A stretch of 64,000 bases of DNA from Alphaproteobacteria bacterium (lineage in GTDB: Bacteria > Pseudomonadota > Alphaproteobacteria > Micavibrionales > Micavibrionaceae), in the NCBI GenBank assembly GCA_021775915.1, contig JAJFGW010000047.1, positions 32,282 through 96,281 on the forward strand, given 5' to 3'. Below, one piece after another: positions 57,455-64,000 of this stretch. Under the pieces are notes generated by a model. That model worked only from the letters and a program-made list of their open reading frames with translations. It ran no database searches and was not told where the DNA came from. Positions within the stretch are counted from its first letter, which is position 1, and every line of letters begins with the position of its first letter. The translations under genes were made by a program, and so were the position numbers.

Positions 57455-58438
57455 CTAGATTTCCTCCCGCATGGCGCGGGGTAATAAGATATCCATGGCG
57501 GCTTGAATTTCCGGCATGGCTCTTTCGACGGCGGCTTCGCCCTCGATGATCATTTCTTCGGCTTTTTCAAATTCCAGCATTCCAATATGGCCGATGCGCG
57601 GTTTGATATGGACATCGGGCGGGTCACCGGCAAGGCGCGATCTGGTTAAGCGGTCTTGAACAATATTGAGTGAGGATACCATAACGCCAAACAGGCTGGG
57701 GCTATTTTTTTCTCTACGGAATAATCTTTTTCCCAGCGGGTTTTTAATTTTTTTCTGATCTTTAAGAGAGAGGTCTTTATCATCGAGAATGTCAAATCCT
57801 GTCACGGTTTGGTACCCTTGCCCGGGTTTGGCTGATTTGCCTATCAGGTCGGCATTCAGGTCAACGGCGATTGTCATGCGCGAGCCCATAGCAAGACAGG
57901 CTGATACCGGCACCGGATTGACAAGCGCGCCGTCAATGAGTGTCCTGTGATTAAGTTCGACCGGGGGGAAAACACCGGGCAGGGCAAAGGAAGCCATGAT
58001 GGCATCGGTGAAACTACCCTGCCTTAGCCAGACTTCGTGGCCTGTGACAATGTCGGCAGCAATGGCAATAAAAGGATGAGGTAGCTCTTCGATCTTGATG
58101 TCCCCAAAATTTTCATTCATAAGTTTTTCGAGCTTTTTCCCGCCGATTAAACCGGCGCTACGTACCCGAAAATCCATATATTTGAATACATTTCGTCTTG
58201 TCAGGCTCAGCGCCCATTCCTCAAAATCATCAAGCCTGCCTGCGAGGTAACTGCCGCCGATCATGGCTCCGATTGATGTTCCGGCCACGATGGTGGGCTG
58301 GATATTGTGCTTGGCGAGCCCCTTCATGACACCTATGTGAGCAAAGCCCCGCGCCATGCCGCTCCCCAGCGCAAGTCCGATGGGCGGATGTATGTGCGGT
58401 TTGTTAACGTCTTGTTTTTGCTTTTTTTCTTTTGTCAT
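57455..58438 (-). CDS. patatin-like phospholipase (RssA-type)
   Basis: Has the oxyanion GSGMARG, the nucleophile GTSIG and the catalytic Asp in IDGALVNPVP. Confidence 0.85.
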   Translation of the reverse strand: MTKEKKQKQDVNKPHIHPPIGLALGSGMARGFAHIGVMKGLAKHNIQPTIVAGTSIGAMIGGSYLAGRLDDFEEWALSLTRRNVFKYMDFRVRSAGLIGGKKLEKLMNENFGDIKIEELPHPFIAIAADIVTGHEVWLRQGSFTDAIMASFALPGVFPPVELNHRTLIDGALVNPVPVSACLAMGSRMTIAVDLNADLIGKSAKPGQGYQTVTGFDILDDKDLSLKDQKKIKNPLGKRLFRREKNSPSLFGVMVSSLNIVQDRLTRSRLAGDPPDVHIKPRIGHIGMLEFEKAEEMIIEGEAAVERAMPEIQAAMDILLPRAMREEI

Positions 58439-58477
58439 TTTAGATAGAACCCCTTATCTAGAGAGTAGCACAAAACT

Positions 58478-60253
58478 ATGAGTGGAAATATGCAAGACCT
58501 GAGACAAACCATTAATTTTTCGACCTGGGCTATGGTTAAGCGTTTGGCCGGGACTTATTTACGGCCTTATACGAGGAATTTGGTAACGGCCCTTTCCTTT
58601 ATGTTCGTGGCATCGTTTATGACAGTTACATTTGCGTGGCTTATGGAGCCTGTCTTTGACCATGTTCTGGTAGGAAAAAACGAGGCCCTGATTGTTCCTA
58701 TGGCTTTGGCTATTTTTGTCTGCTTTTTGGTGCGGGGGCTGACATCATATGCTTATACGTTGCAGATGAATCGCATCGGCCAAAATATTGTGGCTGATAT
58801 TCAGCGCGATTTATTTGGCAGTCTTTTGGGACTCGATCTTAAATTTTTTCACAGTAACCCCAGCGGCCAGCTTGTGTCGCGTCTGGTTAATGATGTGAAT
58901 GCCGTACGGGGATCGGTTTCGGATACGCTGACAGGAATAGGCCGGAATGTTCTGACTCTCATCTTTCTGGTTGGGCTGATGTTTTACCAAGACTGGAGAC
59001 TGGCGACGATATCCTTGTTTGTTTTTCCCGTTGCGGCTGTTTTTATGGCGCAGATTGGACGCCGCCTGCGCAAGGTCTCGAAAAATATTCAGGCTGAAAC
59101 CGGGTCATTAACGGCGCTTTTGACCCAGATCTTTCAGGGTGTACGTCAGGTCAAGGCATACGGTACGGAAGGGTTTGAGCAAGACCGTTCCGGCGGTGCT
59201 ATTGACCGGGTCAGGAACCTGAATATTAAAGCCATACGCATTGCAACGCTGGCCGCGCCTATCAATGAGACTTTACTGGGGCTGGCTGTTACAGGCGTTA
59301 TTATCTATGGCGGTTATAAGGTGAGCGGGGGCGTTTTGAGTGTCGGCGAACTAAGCTCCTTTATTACTGCTTTTGCCCTGGCTTATGAGCCAATGCGGCG
59401 GCTGGCAAAGTTGAATAATACTTTGCAGATGGGGCTGGGCGCAGGTGAGCGTATCTTTGAGGTTATGGATATGGAAGGAGAAATCGGAGATAAGCCGGAT
59501 GCGGCCGCTCTAAAAGCAAAAACACCCGCTATTGTGTTTGAAAATGTATCGTTTGGTTATGGCCTTGATGAAGGCCACGCTTTGAAAGAAGCCTCCTTTA
59601 ATATTCCGGCGGGTAAGGTCACGGCGCTTGTCGGGCCTTCGGGGAGCGGCAAAACAACCGCCATGAATCTTGTCGCCCGTTTTTATGATGTTCTGGATGG
59701 GCGGATATTAATAGGCGGAAATGATGTCAGGGACGTGACGCTTGAAAGCTTGCGTGGCCATATCGCGCTTGTGTCGCAGGACGTCACGATTTTTGATGAT
59801 ACAGTGAAGGCCAATATTGCTTACGGCAGGCCCGAATCTTCCGATGATGATATAAGAAAGGCGGCGCAGGCAGCGGCGGCCGATGATTTTATATTGGAAA
59901 TGTCAGAAGGTTATGACACCAATCTGGGCGAGCAGGGGGTCAAACTCTCCGGTGGTCAGCGCCAGCGTATCGCGATAGCCCGCGCGATTCTACGGGATGC
60001 GCCGATCTTGTTGCTGGATGAAGCCACCTCGGCGCTTGATACAGAATCCGAACGCGCTATTCAGAAATCTCTGGAGAAGCTGCAAAAGGGGCGCACCGTG
60101 CTGGTGATTGCGCACCGGCTTTCTACTGTTCAGAGCGCCGACCAGATTATCGCGCTTGATGAGGGTCGGGTCGCCGAAACAGGCGATCACGCCGCGCTTG
60201 TCAAAGCCGGGGGGCTGTATGCCCGTATGTATAAAGCAGGTCTGGAAGAGTGA
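58478..60253 (+). CDS. ABC transporter permease/ATPase, MsbA-like exporter
   Basis: Has a six-helix TMD followed by an NBD with GPSGSGKTT, LSGGQRQRIAIARA and LLLDEATSALD. Confidence 0.85.
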   Translation: MSGNMQDLRQTINFSTWAMVKRLAGTYLRPYTRNLVTALSFMFVASFMTVTFAWLMEPVFDHVLVGKNEALIVPMALAIFVCFLVRGLTSYAYTLQMNRIGQNIVADIQRDLFGSLLGLDLKFFHSNPSGQLVSRLVNDVNAVRGSVSDTLTGIGRNVLTLIFLVGLMFYQDWRLATISLFVFPVAAVFMAQIGRRLRKVSKNIQAETGSLTALLTQIFQGVRQVKAYGTEGFEQDRSGGAIDRVRNLNIKAIRIATLAAPINETLLGLAVTGVIIYGGYKVSGGVLSVGELSSFITAFALAYEPMRRLAKLNNTLQMGLGAGERIFEVMDMEGEIGDKPDAAALKAKTPAIVFENVSFGYGLDEGHALKEASFNIPAGKVTALVGPSGSGKTTAMNLVARFYDVLDGRILIGGNDVRDVTLESLRGHIALVSQDVTIFDDTVKANIAYGRPESSDDDIRKAAQAAAADDFILEMSEGYDTNLGEQGVKLSGGQRQRIAIARAILRDAPILLLDEATSALDTESERAIQKSLEKLQKGRTVLVIAHRLSTVQSADQIIALDEGRVAETGDHAALVKAGGLYARMYKAGLEE

Positions 60254-61077
60254 GCTTGTTAGATAACAAAGAGTTTGTCTTTCTTATCATCAGCGGAATT
60301 TTTGTTTATCTGCTTTTTGTTGCCAGTCTTTATTTTTTTCAGCGCAAGGTCATTTATTACCCAAACCCCAGCCGTCAGGACAGAGCCGTTTACAAGGCTG
60401 ATGATATGGCGGTGGTAAAGGTGACCACTGAAGATGCTCTGGAGCTGGAAGGGTGGTATAAAGCGCCGCAGGATAACAAGCCCGTCATCGTTGTTTTTCA
60501 TGGTAATGCCAGCCATATGGGGATGAGCGCGTGGAAAGTGCGTGCATTTATGGATGCCGGGTATGGCGCGCTTTTACCAGCTTATAGGGGCTATGCCGGC
60601 AATCCGGGGAAGCCCAGTGAGCAGGGGCTTTATAAAGACGCGCGAGGTTTTTTAAGTTGGCTTATAACAGAAAAGAAAATCCTTGAAAGCAGGATTGTGT
60701 TGCTTGGCGAGTCTTTAGGGTCTGGTGTGGCCGTAGAAATGGCGGCCAATGATTTTCCGTCTGTGAAGGCTGTGATATTGGAATCCCCCTATACAAGCTT
60801 TGTTGATATGGCCAAAAACAACTTTCCCTATATTCCATTTATGAATCTGCTTGTCAGGGACAAGTACAAAAACCTTGATAAAATAAAGAACGTTAAGGCT
60901 CCTTTATTCGTGGTTCACGGAAAACGGGACATGATCGTTCCTTTTAAGCTCGGCAAGCGGCTCTACGATGAAGCTAACCAGCCAAAGGAAATGGTAGAAA
61001 TGCCAATGGCGGGTCACAATGACCTCTATATGCATGGGGCGGAGCAGAGAATATTACATTTCTTGTCGGGGCTGTAA
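60250..61077 (+). CDS. alpha/beta hydrolase
   Basis: Has an N-terminal TM segment and the nucleophile elbow GESLGSG, with later D and H (AGHNDL). Confidence 0.7.
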   Translation: MSLLDNKEFVFLIISGIFVYLLFVASLYFFQRKVIYYPNPSRQDRAVYKADDMAVVKVTTEDALELEGWYKAPQDNKPVIVVFHGNASHMGMSAWKVRAFMDAGYGALLPAYRGYAGNPGKPSEQGLYKDARGFLSWLITEKKILESRIVLLGESLGSGVAVEMAANDFPSVKAVILESPYTSFVDMAKNNFPYIPFMNLLVRDKYKNLDKIKNVKAPLFVVHGKRDMIVPFKLGKRLYDEANQPKEMVEMPMAGHNDLYMHGAEQRILHFLSGL

Positions 61078-61122
61078 TACAGCGCTTGCTAAAATCCATG
61101 CATGGCTGGTATATTTTGCCCC

Positions 61123-61602
61123 ATGAAAAATATTATTTTTACAGTGTTGTTTGTGTGTTTTCTCGTTCCGGCCTCTTGGGCCTGTGCGGGTGAGGAGCAT
61201 GATCTTTATACGGAAGATCTCGTTATAAAGTCTCAGGACTCTGGCGCGGAACATAACTTTAACGTTGAGATGGCGACAACGCCGGAAGCGCTGATGCAAG
61301 GTCTGATGTACCGCTCTAGTATGGCTGAAGATCACGGTATGTTGTTTTTGTTCGCAAAGGAGCTTGAGCGGAATTTCTGGATGAAAAATACGTATATTCC
61401 GCTTGATATTATTTTTATTAAGGAAAGTGGTGTTATTCATCATATCCATGAAAATGCGGTGCCGCGCGATGAAACGCCGTTGCCATCAAAGGGCCCTGTG
61501 CTGAATGTATTAGAGCTTAATGGTGGTGTTACAGCAAAATTGGGGATCAAGCCGGGCGATGTTATTTCTTTGACCGGAAAAAGCACATCTCCTGAAGAAT
61601 AA
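61123..61602 (+). CDS. DUF192 domain protein, secreted
   Basis: The ATG at 61123 gives a signal peptide. GMLFLF....FWMKNTYIPLDIIFI is the DUF192 core. Confidence 0.7.
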   Translation: MKNIIFTVLFVCFLVPASWACAGEEHDLYTEDLVIKSQDSGAEHNFNVEMATTPEALMQGLMYRSSMAEDHGMLFLFAKELERNFWMKNTYIPLDIIFIKESGVIHHIHENAVPRDETPLPSKGPVLNVLELNGGVTAKLGIKPGDVISLTGKSTSPEE

Positions 61603-61648
61603 TTCTCTTGCTCAATAGCTCTCTATTGTATATTAGTAGCCGTCTTGT

Positions 61649-61722
61649 CGGAGCGTGGCGCAGCCTGGTAGCGCACCTGGTTTGGGACCAGGGGGTCGGA
61701 GTTTCTAATCCTCTCGCACCGA
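61649..61722 (+). tRNA. tRNA-Pro (anticodon TGG), non-canonical T-arm and acceptor pair; CCA not encoded
   Basis: I folded the cloverleaf by hand. The anticodon arm is CCTGG-TTTGGGA-CCAGG and the sequence is close to enterobacterial tRNA-Pro(UGG). It has an A4:A69 mismatch, U53:C61 instead of G53:C61, and the T-loop TTCTAAT. Confidence 0.7.
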
Positions 61723-61766
61723 CAATCCTTCGCATTAGCGAGCTTCGGGTGGTCTAGAGGATGGTA

Positions 61767-62327
61767 ATGGTCAAAGTTAATTCACCAGCAAACGACCGGG
61801 AGGAGATGTGGCAGGAATGGGCAAGCAAAGCTCAGGACGGCGACAAGGCGGCTTATAATCTGTTGCTGCGTGATATTGTTCCCTATATTCGTAATTTTAT
61901 CGGGCCAAGGCTGGCTAATCCGGACTGGGTCGATGATATTACGCAGGAAGTCCTTATATCCGTACACAAGTCTCTAAAAACCTATAGCCCGGACAGGCCC
62001 TTCAAGCCGTGGCTGTCAACAATCATCAGCTTTCGGCGCACTGATTTCCTGCGTAAGCATTACAGCGCGCGCCACGATAAACAGACAACCACAGACGATA
62101 TGAGTTTTATTCGTGAGCATGTAACCGATTCACCCTTTGCAGGCGAATTAAAGGATGTTGAGAAGGCCCTCGAAGAGTTTCCTGAAAAGCAGCGCAAGCT
62201 TTTTATGCTCATGAAAATTGAAGGCTATACGGCAAAGGAAGCCGCGAAACAGATGGATATGAGTGTGTCTGCCGTGAAGGTTTCTGTTCACAGGACAACG
62301 AAGAAGTTAAAGGAAATGCTTGGTTAA
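61767..62327 (+). CDS. ECF-type RNA polymerase sigma factor
   Basis: Has region 2 (DDITQEVLISVHKSL..Y......FKPWL..I) and region 4 (QRKLFMLMKIEGYTAKEAAKQMDMSVSAVKVSVHR). The ATG at 61761 is an alternative start. Confidence 0.8.
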   Translation: MVKVNSPANDREEMWQEWASKAQDGDKAAYNLLLRDIVPYIRNFIGPRLANPDWVDDITQEVLISVHKSLKTYSPDRPFKPWLSTIISFRRTDFLRKHYSARHDKQTTTDDMSFIREHVTDSPFAGELKDVEKALEEFPEKQRKLFMLMKIEGYTAKEAAKQMDMSVSAVKVSVHRTTKKLKEMLG

Positions 62328-62328
62328 T

Positions 62329-62970
62329 ATGGCCGATGAAAAAGACATAGAGGCTCTGATTGATGATCTGTCCGGCGAACTTAAGCCGGTAGAGCTTCTT
62401 GCTCACCCGTTTCTGCGTGTTACGCCGTGGATTATCATTGCCTTTGCTTACCTTGCTGGCGTTATTCATTTCCTCGGTCTGCGTATGGATCTGGGCGATA
62501 AATTGCACGAAGCGCCCTTTGTCTTTGAGCTTGGTCTGGCGGGTTTTATTGCCGTTACCGGAGCTTATTGCGCGGGCTGGCTCTCCATACCGGATTCAAG
62601 AGGGCAAAAATGGCTCGTGATTATTCCGAGCACGATGTTTGCCGTGTTTATGTTTTGGATTGCCTGTAAGACCGCGTCTGAAGGGTTTTTGCTCCCGGAG
62701 ATGCATTGGCACCATTGTTTTAGCGATGCACTGCTTATGGGGTTTGTGCCGATTGCCACGCTCTCCATGTTAGTGCGCAGGGGCGCAACGACAAATCCCG
62801 GCTGGCTGGCATTCATGAGTATATTGTCTGTCGGTGCGCTAGGGTGGCTGGCGCTGCGTATTACGTGCGGTGATGATAGCGCCGGACATACAATGATCTT
62901 TCATTTTCTTCCCTTTGTTTTATTTGCCGCAATGCTCGGCGCGCTTGCCCGTAGGCTCTATCGCTGGTAG
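62329..62970 (+). CDS. nrsF: NrsF-family (DUF1109) membrane anti-sigma factor
   Basis: It starts 1 nt after the sigma gene's stop codon. It is a six-TM protein with the N-terminal (D/E)ALIDDLSGELKPV motif typical of DUF1109. Confidence 0.65.
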   Translation: MADEKDIEALIDDLSGELKPVELLAHPFLRVTPWIIIAFAYLAGVIHFLGLRMDLGDKLHEAPFVFELGLAGFIAVTGAYCAGWLSIPDSRGQKWLVIIPSTMFAVFMFWIACKTASEGFLLPEMHWHHCFSDALLMGFVPIATLSMLVRRGATTNPGWLAFMSILSVGALGWLALRITCGDDSAGHTMIFHFLPFVLFAAMLGALARRLYRW

Positions 62971-62980
62971 GTTTACAGTC

Positions 62981-63277
62981 ATGAAAGTTCGCATTTACAG
63001 ACCAGCTAAAACAGCAATGCAGTCGGGCCGGGGCAAAGCCGGGACATGGCTGCTGGAATATGAAACGGTTTCAAAGCGCGCGCCGGAATCATTGATGGGC
63101 TGGACGAGTTCTGAGGATACGCTCAATCAGGTGCAGCTTAAATTTGAAACGCAGGAAGAAGCCGTGACCTTTGCCGAAAAGAAAGGTTGGGATGTCGCGC
63201 TGACCAAGGAGCATGAGCGCAAAATCATTCCGCGTAATTACGGCGATAATTTTAAATATATCCCGGCGGAAGAATGA
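62981..63277 (+). CDS. ETC complex I subunit-like protein (NDUFS4 family)
   Basis: The sequence MKVRIYRPAKTAMQSGRGK...W.LEYE....PESLMGWTSS.DTLNQV.L.F...EEAV.FAEK.GW is NDUFS4-like. The tracked upstream extension was rejected. Confidence 0.75.
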   Translation: MKVRIYRPAKTAMQSGRGKAGTWLLEYETVSKRAPESLMGWTSSEDTLNQVQLKFETQEEAVTFAEKKGWDVALTKEHERKIIPRNYGDNFKYIPAEE

Positions 63278-63328
63278 TTCATTGATTTTCTTGGGTTAAA
63301 TCAGTTATTAAGCTAATCTCAGAAAAAG

Positions 63329-63405
63329 GCGCCCGTAGCTCAACCGGATAGAGCACCGGTTTTCTAAACCGGGGGTTGCAGGTTCGAGTCCTGCCGGGCG
63401 CGCCA
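63329..63405 (+). tRNA. tRNA-Arg (anticodon TCT), CCA encoded
   Basis: A canonical cloverleaf with acceptor GCGCCCG/CGGGCGC, anticodon arm CCGGT-TTTCTAA-ACCGG and T-loop TTCGAGT. Confidence 0.9.
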
Positions 63406-63455
63406 TTTCCACCAAAGGCTTTAAACGCACCTTATAATTTTACGTGTGGGCATAC

Positions 63456-63854
63456 TCAAACTATTGGTTTTAAAAAATTATTTATAACTTTTTTAACATC
63501 ATTGATGTTATCGCAGGTAACGTTACTGCTAATACCAGACTCATGTATTCTTGAAAAGCTATGTTTAGCTATCTGTAAATCTAAACCGCCGTCCCAGTGG
63601 TTTTCAAAAACCCTCAAAAACTCATTTTTATTTTCATAGGTACATTTCAGAGCATTATACTCTTTGCGAGCGACATACTTCTCTATAGACAATTTAGGAA
63701 ACTCTCTTTGAATAGCCACAACTAGCGTGGCAGCTTCGTTAAAAAGTGTGCGTGCCGACTGAATTTTTTGAGCCTTTAACTCAGCATCCTGCTGAACAGC
63801 ATAGCTATTGTCAGTAGAATGGTTTTTTAATGTTTCCATAAAATCATTGTACAT
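63456..63854 (-). CDS. hypothetical protein (132 aa), AT-rich
   Basis: AAAGGAG lies 8 nt upstream of the ATG. No domain was recognised. It sits directly 3' of tRNA-Arg. Confidence 0.5.
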   Translation of the reverse strand: MYNDFMETLKNHSTDNSYAVQQDAELKAQKIQSARTLFNEAATLVVAIQREFPKLSIEKYVARKEYNALKCTYENKNEFLRVFENHWDGGLDLQIAKHSFSRIHESGISSNVTCDNINDVKKVINNFLKPIV

Positions 63855-64000
63855 AATTTAGTCTCCTTTAAAAATGGTTGTAACACGCGCCGGTCGTTAT
63901 GTCCAATAATAATTGTAATGTCACGGCACTGTCACGTTGCTTAAGGCCAGGACACATTGATTTAGTAAGGTTATGTTGATTATAAACAGTATAGGTATAA

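Noticed and set aside
63376-63639. 87-aa ORF starting inside tRNA-Arg
   Set aside because: It overlaps a canonical tRNA and continues antisense to the better-supported 132-aa gene.
1-64000. CRISPR arrays, IS elements, transposases, integrases, prophage genes, toxin-antitoxin pairs and known defence systems
   Set aside because: I found no repeat-spacer periodicity, no terminal inverted repeats flanking a transposase-like ORF, and no recombinase or nuclease/ATPase defence signatures in any translated ORF.

Overview
This window is a chromosomal, mostly housekeeping segment of an alphaproteobacterium. The lineage call rests on an Irr-type Fur regulator, DUF1491, a DUF1058/SH3 protein, an ECF sigma with an NrsF anti-sigma, an NDUFS4-like protein and a TIGR01459-type HAD. 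The conserved operons are Rrf2-sufB-sufC-sufD-sufS-sufT-sufA, fabA-fabB-fabI, rimP-nusA-infB-rbfA-truB-rpsO (with pnp displaced), miaB-phoH-ybeY-corC-lnt and metK-trmB. Other core genes are tgt (truncated by the window edge), upp, prfC, dusA, gpmA and an msbA-like ABC exporter. There are two tRNAs, Pro-UGG and Arg-UCU. I found no rRNA, CRISPR array, IS element, integrase or prophage gene. Between the core genes sit eukaryote-like or host-interaction-type proteins: a 7-repeat ankyrin protein, a DUF4116 repeat protein, a DUF1566 protein and a patatin. This suggests, by inference only, a host- or protist-associated lifestyle. I could not identify a clear-cut new multi-gene system such as a defence island. 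The items most worth follow-up are: (1) three same-strand DnaA boxes, two of them perfect, in front of a 1262-aa membrane-anchored coiled-coil protein, plus a weaker second box cluster at about 21.16 kb; (2) a suf operon with two extra translationally coupled genes and a perfect 12-bp hairpin; (3) tandem YbeZ/PhoH paralogs; (4) an interrupted rpsO-pnp junction; (5) a leader terminator in front of rimP-nusA; (6) a tRNA-Pro with non-canonical T-arm and acceptor pairs; (7) an AT-rich orphan gene immediately after tRNA-Arg at the window edge. All product calls come from reading motifs in the supplied translations; no searches were run.
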